Of a DNA stretch of 32,000 bases, positions 17,152-25,508 are shown in pieces; positions within the stretch are counted from its first letter, which is position 1; each line of letters opens with the position of its first letter. This DNA is from Mycolicibacterium smegmatis (GTDB lineage Bacteria > Actinomycetota > Actinomycetes > Mycobacteriales > Mycobacteriaceae). The notes beneath the pieces were generated by a model, which did not search any database, was not told the origin of the DNA, and saw nothing but the letters and a program-made list of their open reading frames with translations. The translations under genes and the position numbers were made by a program. Location: assembly GCF_001457595.1 (NCBI RefSeq), contig NZ_LN831039.1, positions 1,830,001 through 1,862,000 of the forward strand, in the 5' to 3' direction.

Positions 17152-19857
17152 TCAGGCTCGTCGCTCCACTTCGAAAGCGGACCCTTGAAAACCCGTGGTT
17201 CGTGGGCCGTGGGTGCGCAACTGCCTGCGTGAGGTGATGCCGAGCTTGACGAACACCTTGCGCAGGTGCCATTCCACGGTGTGGGGGCTGATGAACAACT
17301 GCGCGGCGATTTCCTGATTGGTCAGTCCCCGCGCGGCCAGGCCCGCGACCTGGGTCTCCTGCGCGGTCAACTGCTCGCCCGAACGGCCCGGCACCCTGCG
17401 GGCCGTAGGGCCCGCGGCGACCAGTTCGCGGCGTGCCCGTTCGGCGAATGCCTGTGCGCCGATCCGGACGAACACCTCGTGGGCGGCGGTGAGCTCGCGG
17501 ACGGCGTCGGGCCGTCGGTTGGCACGACGCAGCCATTCCCCGTACCGCAGCCGGGCGCGTGCCGCCTGCACGGTGAGCCGCGTGCGCTCGTAGTGCTCGA
17601 TGGACTCCCGGTGCAGACCGTCGGCGCGCCGGCCGCTCGACAGCAGTGCCCGGCCGCCGGCCAGCGCCGCCGCGGCCCACGCGGTGCCGGCCTGCGTCGT
17701 GCGTTCCTCCAGCAGGTACAGGGCCTCGGTCGCCGAGTCGCGTTGACCGCACCGCGTACCCGCCTCGATCAACTCGACGAGCGTGCCGCCGTGGAACCCG
17801 AGATCCTCGTACTCGCAGGCCTGCTGGGCCGCGGCGAACGCCTGTTCGTAGTGCCCGAGACCGTTGTTGAGCACGGCCACGGCATGGCCGGCGACGCCCA
17901 CCGCACGGCCCGCGCCGAGCCCCTCGGTCAGACGCGTCGTCTCGGCGACGTCACCGCGCCAGGCCGCGAGCATTGCCGCGTGTGCGCCCCGGTCCGATGC
18001 CTCGGCGAGAAGCTCTGCCGCGGAGGAGAATTCACCACACTGCAGGTGCAGTCCAGCACGGAAGGCGAGGGCCTCGGGCAGCAGCGCGAGCGCGCCGGAA
18101 TGCCGAACGTCCTGCAGCAGCGCTGTCGACGCCGTATGCCACGCGTCGTCGTCCCAGCAGTCTGCGACGGCGGCCTCCAGCAGCATCGGAACCGTCGGCC
18201 ACAACGAGGCCGGTGATACCGAGAGGGCGCGTCGCAGGGGTCCGATGGCCGACGGTCCGCACGCGATACGCGTGGCCAGCGCGTCGAGCAGCAGGTCGCC
18301 GGCCTCGTCCCGGGCGGTAGCGGACCGGGCGGATTCGGCGGCCTCCTTGAGGATGTGCGCCTCCCCGCTGCGGCCCGCGGAGATCGCGGCGGCAAGGGCG
18401 TCGCGATGGACCTCGCAGGCCGCGCGGGTGTCCAGCGCGCCGAGGCCGTGCGCGACATCGAGAAGTGCCGAGGCCGGCCCGTCGTCGAGGAGGAGACGCA
18501 ACCGTGTGGCCAGCGCGCGCTGGGCCGCGCCGAGGGGTCCCGCCTCGGCGATGCCGAGCAGGTCGAGCGACGTACTGTGTTCACCGGCAACGTATTTCGC
18601 CTCGGCCGCGGCGAGTGCGCGCGCGGCCCGCCGCGCCGGATCGGCCGTCAGCGCCGTCGCACGCTCCCAGAACGCGGCCGCGGCCACCACGCCGCCGGTG
18701 TCCCGTGCGGAAACCACCGCCTCCTGCAGTTGCGTCGCCACGGTCTCGTCGGGACCGTTCGCGGCATTGGCGGCGTGCCAGGCGCGCCGCGCCGGATCCA
18801 GCGTGGCGTCGGTGGCCTGCGCGAGCGCACGGTGCACCGTGCGTCGCTCGTCGAGACGCGCCGTCCGGTAGATCACGGTCCGCAGATAGGGTTCGCGGAA
18901 CCACACGCGGGCTCCCATCTCGACCAAGCCGGCCGTCTCGGCCGGTGCGAGGGCCCGCAAACCGATTCCGAGGATGTCCGCGGCCCGCGCGAGCAGCAGG
19001 GGATCGCCCGTCGGTTCGGCCGCGGCGACCAGCAGCAACCGGCGTGTCGGCTCCGGAAACTCCGAGGTCACACCGGGATTCGTCAACGCGAGCCGCATCC
19101 GCGGGTTGGTGAAGCCGCCGGCGACCTCGGCGGCCGCGAACGTCGCGGGCAACGCGTGCAGGGCCCGCGGATTGCCTCGGGTCTCGCCGACGATCCGGTC
19201 GCGCACCCGCGGATCGATGGGTCCGGGCAGCAACGCGTCGAACAGTTCACCGGCCTCGCAGTCGTTGAGCCTGCCGACCGTCAGTTCGGGCAGGCCCGGC
19301 AACGCGGTGCCGCAGCGCACCCCGAACAGCAACGCCAGCGGCGCGTCCGGCAGGCGGCGCGCCACGAACACCAGCGCCTGCAGCGATGCGTCGTCGACCC
19401 ACTGTGCATCGTCGACGATGCACAGCACCGGTTTTGCGGCGGCCGCGGCCGCCATCAGTTCGACCACCGCGAGGCCCACCAGGAATCGATCCGGCTGCGG
19501 GCCAGGACCGCGGCCGAAGGCCACGGTCAGCGCCTGCTGCTGCAGGTCCGGCAGCCGCTTGAGGTGATCCAGCAGCGGGGCACACACCTGCTGTAGGGCG
19601 GCGTAGGTGAGGTCCATGTCGGACGCGACACCCCTGACCCGCACCACCTGCGCATCGGCAGAGCCGGTCTGCTCGTCGAAAAGCCAGTCGAGCAGGGCGG
19701 TCTTGCCCACCCCGGGTTCGCCGCGCAGCACCAGGGCCCGGCCGGATCCGGACCGCAGGTCGGCACACACCTGTCGCAGTGCGCCGCGTTCGGTGGCCCG
19801 CCCGATCAGGTGTCGTTCCCCGCGTTGTGTCATCTGCTCGTCCACCTCTCGTGTCAT
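17152..19857 (-). CDS. large ATP-binding LuxR-family (LAL / MalT-like STAND) transcriptional regulator
   Basis: The track ORF 17152..20811 is over-extended into the divergent sigma gene. The start is at ATG 19857 (MTREVDEQ...) or ATG 19833 (MTQRGERHLIGR). Walker A is GEPGVGKT and Walker B is LCIVDDAQWVD. A long helical repeat region follows. The C-terminal LuxR HTH is LTAQETQVAGLAARGLTNQEIAAQLFISPHTVEWHLRKVFVKLGI. Confidence 0.85.
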   Translation of the reverse strand: MTREVDEQMTQRGERHLIGRATERGALRQVCADLRSGSGRALVLRGEPGVGKTALLDWLFDEQTGSADAQVVRVRGVASDMDLTYAALQQVCAPLLDHLKRLPDLQQQALTVAFGRGPGPQPDRFLVGLAVVELMAAAAAAKPVLCIVDDAQWVDDASLQALVFVARRLPDAPLALLFGVRCGTALPGLPELTVGRLNDCEAGELFDALLPGPIDPRVRDRIVGETRGNPRALHALPATFAAAEVAGGFTNPRMRLALTNPGVTSEFPEPTRRLLLVAAAEPTGDPLLLARAADILGIGLRALAPAETAGLVEMGARVWFREPYLRTVIYRTARLDERRTVHRALAQATDATLDPARRAWHAANAANGPDETVATQLQEAVVSARDTGGVVAAAAFWERATALTADPARRAARALAAAEAKYVAGEHSTSLDLLGIAEAGPLGAAQRALATRLRLLLDDGPASALLDVAHGLGALDTRAACEVHRDALAAAISAGRSGEAHILKEAAESARSATARDEAGDLLLDALATRIACGPSAIGPLRRALSVSPASLWPTVPMLLEAAVADCWDDDAWHTASTALLQDVRHSGALALLPEALAFRAGLHLQCGEFSSAAELLAEASDRGAHAAMLAAWRGDVAETTRLTEGLGAGRAVGVAGHAVAVLNNGLGHYEQAFAAAQQACEYEDLGFHGGTLVELIEAGTRCGQRDSATEALYLLEERTTQAGTAWAAAALAGGRALLSSGRRADGLHRESIEHYERTRLTVQAARARLRYGEWLRRANRRPDAVRELTAAHEVFVRIGAQAFAERARRELVAAGPTARRVPGRSGEQLTAQETQVAGLAARGLTNQEIAAQLFISPHTVEWHLRKVFVKLGITSRRQLRTHGPRTTGFQGSAFEVERRA

Positions 19858-19863
19858 CAGGTA

Positions 19864-19890
19864 GACCGGCCGGACCGGTGATCTGTGACA
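19864..19890 (-). promoter_or_regulatory. ECF41-like promoter (TGTCACA-N16-GGTC) 6 nt upstream of the LAL regulator ATG
   Basis: The minus strand reads gcTGTCACAgatcaccggtccggccGGTCtacctgATG. The -35 is exact (plus coordinates 19890-19884). The spacer is 16 nt (19883-19868). The -10 is GGTC (19867-19864), one mismatch to CGTC. The ATG is at 19857. Confidence 0.4.
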
Positions 19891-19959
19891 GCCCGCCACC
19901 GTGGGATGCGTCACGCCGATCGCAGCCGGGACACGGCCTGGTGTGTTTGACTTCAGGCC

Positions 19960-20874
19960 ATGGATCCGGCACCCAGTTCGGCGTCCGATCCGGCGTGGAC
20001 GGAACTCTCGGAAGCGGAAGCGGTCTTCACCCGGGTGCGGCCGCGCCTCTTCGGTGTCGCCTACCGGATGACGGGTACGGTCGCCGAGGCCGAGGACGCC
20101 GTGCAGGAGGCGTGGTTGCGGTGGCAGGACACCGACCGCGCAGCGGTGACGGACCCCGTGCCGTTCCTGATGACGGTGGTGACGCGGATCTGCCTCAACG
20201 TGCTGCAGTCCGCGCGGGCGCGCCACGAAACCTACATCGGCCCGTGGCTTCCCGAACCGGTCGACACCACCGCCGACCCGGCGCTGGGCGCCGAGCGGGG
20301 CGCGGCGCTGGAACTCGCGACGCTGATGTTGCTCGAGCGCCTGGCACCGCCGGAACGCGCCGCCTACATCCTGCGTGAGGCGTTCGACTACCCGTACGAA
20401 CAGATCGCCGAGACCGTCGGTGTGTCGGTGCCCAACGCCAGGCAGCTCGTGAGCCGCGCACGGCGACGTCTCACGACACGGCGCGCGGCGCCGGTGGCCA
20501 CCGCCGAACAGGACCGTCTGCTGCGGGCTTTCGTCACCGCGGCGCGAAGCGGCGACCTCGACGCGCTCGAGGAGATCCTCGCCGAGGACGTGGTGAGCCA
20601 CACCGACGGCAACGGCGTGCGCAACGCCGCGCAGATCCCGGTGGTCGGCCGGACGACAGTCGCCAAGTTCGTGCGTGCCTTCCGCAACCGGCTGTGGTCC
20701 GGCGCGAGCCTGCGGTGGATCACCGCGAACGGCCGCTCCGCGGTGCTCGTCGTCCACAACGATTCTCCCGCCGCGTTTCTCACCGTCGCCGCGTCGGCCG
20801 ACGGGATCCACCGGCTGTTGTGGGTGCTGGCTCCCGAGAAGCTCGCGGGAATCGCGCGGGCCCAGGGACGCTGA
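19960..20874 (+). CDS. ECF sigma factor, group ECF41 (second SigJ-like copy)
   Basis: 304-aa ORF with AEDAVQEAWLRW, the linker signature YIGPWLPEP, and sigma4 YEQIAETVGVSVPNARQLVSRARRRL. The SnoaL-like C-terminal extension contains HTDGNG and a terminal APEKL motif. Confidence 0.85.
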   Translation: MDPAPSSASDPAWTELSEAEAVFTRVRPRLFGVAYRMTGTVAEAEDAVQEAWLRWQDTDRAAVTDPVPFLMTVVTRICLNVLQSARARHETYIGPWLPEPVDTTADPALGAERGAALELATLMLLERLAPPERAAYILREAFDYPYEQIAETVGVSVPNARQLVSRARRRLTTRRAAPVATAEQDRLLRAFVTAARSGDLDALEEILAEDVVSHTDGNGVRNAAQIPVVGRTTVAKFVRAFRNRLWSGASLRWITANGRSAVLVVHNDSPAAFLTVAASADGIHRLLWVLAPEKLAGIARAQGR

Positions 20875-22611
20875 TCACTCGACGAGCTTGCCGGCCGACG
20901 ACACCTCACGCATGCGTGTTGAGATGTCGTGGGGGACATCGGCGATCGCCTCGTGGGAGATCTGACCCGGTGCCGACCACACCAGGTTGACCCGCAGCCG
21001 CTCGTCGAGGTCGGGGTGATCGGAGCGGTTGTGGCAACCCCTGGTCTCCCGGCGTTCCCGTGCTGCCTCCAACGTTGCACGCGCCGCCAGGATCCCGCTC
21101 TTGAGGTCGAAAGCATGCGCCAGATCGTGGAATCCGGCGATGTCGGGATGGACCGCGATGTCGGACAACTGCGCCTCGACGTCGTCGAGTTTCTCCAACC
21201 CGACGTTCAGACCGTCCTCGTCGCGGATCACGCCGGCGTGCTCGGTCATCAGGTTGCGCACCGCGCGCTGCAGGTACCGCACGGTCTGCGAGCCGCGGGC
21301 GCACAGCATCGCGTCGATCTCCTCGCGGGCATCCGATATCGCGGCGGGGCAGCGTTGTTGGGCAAGCAGGCGATTGGAGTAGGCGGCCGCGGCCCGGCCC
21401 ACGATCTTTCCGTACACCAGCAGCTCGATGAGCGAGTTGCCGCCCAGCCGGTTGGCCCCGTGCAGACCGCTCGCGGCCTCGCCCACCGCGTACAGGCCCA
21501 CCACGTCGGTGCTGTGGTCCTCGGCGCGCACCCACACACCACCCATCGAGTAGTGGGCCGTCGGCGCGATCTCCACCGGGGTGGTGGTGATGTCGAGCAA
21601 CTGCAGCTCCATGAGTGTCTGGTAGACGCGCGGCAGGCGCTGCATGATCTGCGTGCGGGGCAGGTGGGACACGTCCAGCCACACGCCGCCGCGCGGGGTG
21701 CCGCGGCCCTCCTTGATCTCGGTGTAGGCCGCGAGCGCGACGCGGTCGCGCGTCGAGAGTTCCATGCGGTCGGGGTCGTAGCGCGCCATGAAGCGCTCGC
21801 CGAGCGCGTTGCGCAGGATGCCGCCCTCGCCGCGCGCGGCTTCCGAAACCAGGGTGCCTGCCGAGTCTTCCGGTTCCAGCAGGCCCGACGGGTGGAACTG
21901 CACCAGCTCTGGGTCGCGGATGCGGCCACCGGCCTCAACCGCCAGCCGGAACGCGTCCCCGGTGTTCTCGTCGCGCCGCGAAGAGGTGTGCCGCCAGATG
22001 CGGGTGTGGCCACCGCACGCGAGGATCACGGCGTCGGCGTGGATGGTGTGACGCGTACCGTCACGAAGGTCGAAACCGTACGCGCCGAAAATCACGTTGT
22101 CGCGGACCAGAAGTCGGGTGATGTACACGGAATCCAGTACGGGAATGGCGAGTTCGGCGGCACGTCCGACCAGGGTGCGCTGCAGTTCCAGCCCGGTGTA
22201 GTCACCGGCGAACGCGGTGCGGCGGTAGGTGTGGGCGCCGAAGAAGCGCTGCGAGATGCGGCCGTCGCGTTCGCGCGCGAACGCCATGCCCCACCGTTCC
22301 AGATCGGCGATCGACTCCGTGGCGTGTTCGGTGACGGTCTGCACCGTGACCGGGTCGGCGAGCAGATAGCTCTCGGTGATGGTGTCGGCGGCGTGCTGCT
22401 GCCAGCTGTCCTCGGGGTCCATCGTGGCCAGTGCGGCGTTGATCCCGCCCGCGGCGAGCGTGGTGTGCGCGTCGGCCTTGGGCCGCTTGCCGACCACCAG
22501 CACATCGATTCCGTGTTCGGCCAGTTCGATCGCGGCGCGCAACCCCGAACCGCCGGTGCCGATGACGAGCACTGCGGTGGAGATCTGCCGGGCGGGGTCT
22601 TCGGTTCTCAT
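20875..22611 (-). CDS. stand-alone FAD flavoprotein of the SdhA/FrdA/NadB (succinate dehydrogenase/fumarate reductase/L-aspartate oxidase) family
   Basis: 578-aa ORF with VLVIGTGGSGLRAA (FAD), DAHTTLAAGG, HPSG, RGEGG, HYSMGG, GLHGANRLGGNSL and the C-terminal RETRGCHNRSDHP. No Fe-S or membrane subunit gene is adjacent. Confidence 0.85.
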   Translation of the reverse strand: MRTEDPARQISTAVLVIGTGGSGLRAAIELAEHGIDVLVVGKRPKADAHTTLAAGGINAALATMDPEDSWQQHAADTITESYLLADPVTVQTVTEHATESIADLERWGMAFARERDGRISQRFFGAHTYRRTAFAGDYTGLELQRTLVGRAAELAIPVLDSVYITRLLVRDNVIFGAYGFDLRDGTRHTIHADAVILACGGHTRIWRHTSSRRDENTGDAFRLAVEAGGRIRDPELVQFHPSGLLEPEDSAGTLVSEAARGEGGILRNALGERFMARYDPDRMELSTRDRVALAAYTEIKEGRGTPRGGVWLDVSHLPRTQIMQRLPRVYQTLMELQLLDITTTPVEIAPTAHYSMGGVWVRAEDHSTDVVGLYAVGEAASGLHGANRLGGNSLIELLVYGKIVGRAAAAYSNRLLAQQRCPAAISDAREEIDAMLCARGSQTVRYLQRAVRNLMTEHAGVIRDEDGLNVGLEKLDDVEAQLSDIAVHPDIAGFHDLAHAFDLKSGILAARATLEAARERRETRGCHNRSDHPDLDERLRVNLVWSAPGQISHEAIADVPHDISTRMREVSSAGKLVE

Positions 22612-22665
22612 CTTCGGGAGAACGCCGGGGTCACCATCGAGCTATCCGGGCGTTAAGGTCGGCGC

Positions 22666-23289
22666 ATGGATGTACGCGTCGTCGACCACCCGCTGGCTGC
22701 TGCGCGCCTGACCACGCTGCGGGATGAACGCACCGACAACGCCGCCTTCCGGGCCGCGTTGCGGGACCTGACCCTGATGCTGGTGTACGAGGCGACGCGC
22801 GACGCGCCCTCGGAGCAGATCCCGGTGCGCACCCCCGTCACCGACACCGTGGGCTCGCGGTTGGCGAACCCGCCGCTTCTGGTGCCGGTGCTGCGTGCCG
22901 GGCTGGGGATGGTCGACCAGGCCCATGCCCTGATCCCCGAGGCGCAGGTCGGCTTCGTCGGTGTGGCGCGCGACGAGACGACGCATCAGCCGACGCCATA
23001 CCTGGCCTCGCTGCCCGACGATCTCAGTGAGCGTGCGGTGTTCGTGCTGGATCCGATGCTGGCCACGGGCGGTTCGATGGCGCACACGATCGGCCTGCTG
23101 CAGGCCCGCAACGCCGTCGACATCACCGCGGTGTGTGTGGTGTGCGCACCGCAGGGCATCGCCGCGCTGGAGGCCGTCGCGCCGGACATGCGCCTGATCA
23201 CCGCGACGGTCGACGAGGGGCTCAACGAGATCGCCTACATCGTGCCTGGCCTCGGTGACGCGGGTGACCGCCAGTTCGGGCCCCGGTGA
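22666..23289 (+). CDS. upp: uracil phosphoribosyltransferase
   Basis: 207-aa ORF with the PRPP-binding loop [13 protein letters not shown] and the C-terminal [15 protein letters not shown]. Confidence 0.93.
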   Translation: MDVRVVDHPLAAARLTTLRDERTDNAAFRAALRDLTLMLVYEATRDAPSEQIPVRTPVTDTVGSRLANPPLLVPVLRAGLGMVDQAHALIPEAQVGFVGVARDETTHQPTPYLASLPDDLSERAVFVLDPMLATGGSMAHTIGLLQARNAVDITAVCVVCAPQGIAALEAVAPDMRLITATVDEGLNEIAYIVPGLGDAGDRQFGPR

Positions 23290-23313
23290 ACCGGCCGTCC
23301 TGAACCAGCCCGG

Positions 23314-24930
23314 TCACCAGCCTTTCGCGGCGCGGCAGAGTTCGTCGCTGATGCGGTTCGCGCGTTCCCGCGCGGCGGCCAGATCGTCGGTCGGAGCGCA
23401 GCGAACCTCGATGTAGGACTTGAGTTTCGGTTCGGTGCCGGACGGCCGCACCACGATGCGCACGGCGGTGCCGCCGTCCTCGCCCGTGAAGATCAGTGCG
23501 TCGGTGCGTTGCTGCCCGCGACGTTCGGCCAGATCCTCGACGGCCACGGTGAACCCGGCCAGTTCGTCGGGCGGCTGGGTGCGCAGGCGGCCCATGGCCT
23601 TGTCGGCGTCGGACACCTGGCGTGACACCGCACGTGTGACGTGTACGCCGTGGGCGCGGGCGAGGCCGTCGAGCGCGTCGACGATGGTGCGGCCCTGATA
23701 GCGCAGCGCCGCAACCAGATCACACGCGAGGATCGCGGCGGTGATGCCGTCCTTGTCGCGGACCGACGACGGGTCGACGCAGTGCCCGATGGCCTCCTCG
23801 TACGCGTACACCAATGTGGTGCCGGGAGATCCGGCGCGCGCCAGCCACTTGAAGCCCGTGAGCGTCTCGACGTGATGGGCGCCGTGCGCCGCGGCGATCG
23901 AGGCCAGCATGCGTGACGACACGACGGTGCTGGCCACCACCGTGGACTCGCTGACCATCCCCGGTTCGATCTGCGACAGAATGTAATCGCCCAGCAGCCA
24001 ACCGGTTTCGTCGCCCGAGAGCATGCGCCATCCGTCGGGGGTGGGGATTCCGACCGCACACCGGTCCGCGTCGGGGTCCAGCGCGATCGCGATCTCGGCC
24101 CCGACCCGTTCGGCCAGTGCGAGCAGTTCGTCGGTGGCCCCCGGTTCCTCCGGGTTGGGGAATTCGACCGTGGGGAACTCGGGATCGGGGTTGAACTGCG
24201 ACTCGACGACGTGCACGTCGTCGAGGCCGGCCAAGGCCATTGCGTCGAGTGTGAATTCGCCACCGACGCCGTGCATCGGCGTGAACGCGACTCGCACCGT
24301 GTCGGATCTGCGCCGCACCCGCGCGGCGCGTTCGAGGTAGGCCTTGATCTGGGCGAGACCGCCCGTGGTGACCGGTGCCCGCGTGATCTCGTCGGCGTGC
24401 GGCGCACGCGAGATGGCCTCTTCGATCTCGTGATCGGTGGGGGAGGTGATCTGCATCCCGCCGTCGACGAACACCTTGTAGCCGTTGTCGGTCTTGGGGT
24501 TGTGCGATGCGGTGATCTGGATGCCTGCGACGGCGGGCATGTGGCGCACCGCGAACGCGACCACGGGGGTGGGGACGGCCGCGAGCATCAGCTGCACCTC
24601 GAAACCCTCGGCCGCAAGCACTTCGGCCGCGGCCAGTGCGAACTCGTCGGACTTGTGGCGCGCGTCGCGTCCGACCACCACCTGGGATTCGCCGAGGCCG
24701 TGTTCTTTGAGCACCTGTGCCACCGCCCACGTGGTGCGCAGCACGACGGCGAGGTTCATGCCGTCGGGCCCGCCGCGCAGGGGTCCGCGCAGTCCCGCGG
24801 TGCCGAACGTCAGCGGATGGCTGAACCGGTGTTCGAGTTCCTCGGGGCTGCAGGCGCTCAGCTCGGCCGCCGTTTCCGGGTCAGGGTCGTGGGCGATCCA
24901 TTCCTGCGCTGTTGTCGCGGTCGACGTCAT
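23314..24930 (-). CDS. pmmB: alpha-D-phosphohexomutase superfamily enzyme (PmmB-like phosphosugar mutase, possibly a phosphopentomutase)
   Basis: 538-aa ORF with the active-site Ser motif ITASHNPKTDNGYKV and the metal loop ALDPDADRC. The position next to upp matches Rv3308. Its start forms an ATGA overlap with the MarR stop. Confidence 0.85.
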   Translation of the reverse strand: MTSTATTAQEWIAHDPDPETAAELSACSPEELEHRFSHPLTFGTAGLRGPLRGGPDGMNLAVVLRTTWAVAQVLKEHGLGESQVVVGRDARHKSDEFALAAAEVLAAEGFEVQLMLAAVPTPVVAFAVRHMPAVAGIQITASHNPKTDNGYKVFVDGGMQITSPTDHEIEEAISRAPHADEITRAPVTTGGLAQIKAYLERAARVRRRSDTVRVAFTPMHGVGGEFTLDAMALAGLDDVHVVESQFNPDPEFPTVEFPNPEEPGATDELLALAERVGAEIAIALDPDADRCAVGIPTPDGWRMLSGDETGWLLGDYILSQIEPGMVSESTVVASTVVSSRMLASIAAAHGAHHVETLTGFKWLARAGSPGTTLVYAYEEAIGHCVDPSSVRDKDGITAAILACDLVAALRYQGRTIVDALDGLARAHGVHVTRAVSRQVSDADKAMGRLRTQPPDELAGFTVAVEDLAERRGQQRTDALIFTGEDGGTAVRIVVRPSGTEPKLKSYIEVRCAPTDDLAAARERANRISDELCRAAKGW

Positions 24931-25403
24931 GAGCCAAGTGTGCCCGCAGCGGCGTCGGCATATGCAAGCTTGCGCAGGACCGGTGCGACGAGCATCAGCA
25001 GATTGAACTCGAGCTCGGAGAGGTTCTCGCGCATGGTGTCGTGCAACCAGGCGTCGCGTTCGGCGCGGTCGGCCTCAAGGAGTTGGGCGCCGGCCTGTGT
25101 CAGGGAGATGAGCTGACGTCTGCGGTCGGTCTCGTCGGGGCGCCGTTCGATCAGTCCGCGCGTGACGAGTTCGTTGATGCTGTCGGTGAGTGACTGCGTG
25201 CGCACGTGCAGCCGCACGCCGAGTTCGGCGGGGGTGATGGTGCCGGACCGGTGCACCTCGCCGAGGATTTCCAGCTGGCTCAGCGTGAGGCCGTGGTCGG
25301 GACGGTGTCTGCGCATCTGGCGGGTCACCGCCATCATCGCTTCCCGCAGTTCGGTGGCCGCGGACGTCCCGGTGGCCGCTCGCAGCGGGGTGACATCAGC
25401 CAT
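24927..25403 (-). CDS. MarR family transcriptional regulator
   Basis: 158-aa ORF with winged-HTH LTLSQLEILGEVHRSGTITPAELGVRLHVRTQSLTDSINELVTRGLIERRPDETDRRR. Confidence 0.85.
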   Translation of the reverse strand: MADVTPLRAATGTSAATELREAMMAVTRQMRRHRPDHGLTLSQLEILGEVHRSGTITPAELGVRLHVRTQSLTDSINELVTRGLIERRPDETDRRRQLISLTQAGAQLLEADRAERDAWLHDTMRENLSELEFNLLMLVAPVLRKLAYADAAAGTLGS

Positions 25404-25414
25404 AACGAAGTTAT
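25402..25414. promoter_or_regulatory. palindrome ATAAC-gaa-GTTAT overlapping the MarR start codon, a candidate MarR autoregulatory operator
   Basis: Read directly at 25402-25414. A second ATAAC lies at 25443-25447. A direct repeat AGGTTTG x2 lies at 25473-25479 and 25484-25490, in the relatively AT-rich MarR/AbrB divergent region. Confidence 0.3.
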
Positions 25415-25508
25415 ACCTTGGTAATCGGCCAGCGAGGTCGGGATAACTGCAGAGAGTTGTGGGGAATTTACAAGGTTTGACTTAGGTTTGTGGGGGTAGG
25501 GAGGTGGA

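Noticed and set aside
19884-19911. TGTGACA-N18-CGTC on the plus strand upstream of the second ECF41 gene, considered as possible autoregulation
   Set aside because: The heptamer is the reverse complement of the consensus, TGTGACA rather than TGTCACA. The spacer is 18 nt rather than 16. ECF41 sigmas are reported not to be typically autoregulated.
19858-20811. N-terminal 318 codons of the 1219-aa track ORF 17152..20811
   Set aside because: This extension runs antisense through the ECF41 sigma gene (19960..20874) and has no sequence features. The AAA+ domain begins right after the ATGs at 19857/19833, and a promoter-like motif precedes 19857.
20929-22656. 575-aa plus-strand ORF
   Set aside because: It is antisense to the SdhA/NadB-like flavoprotein.
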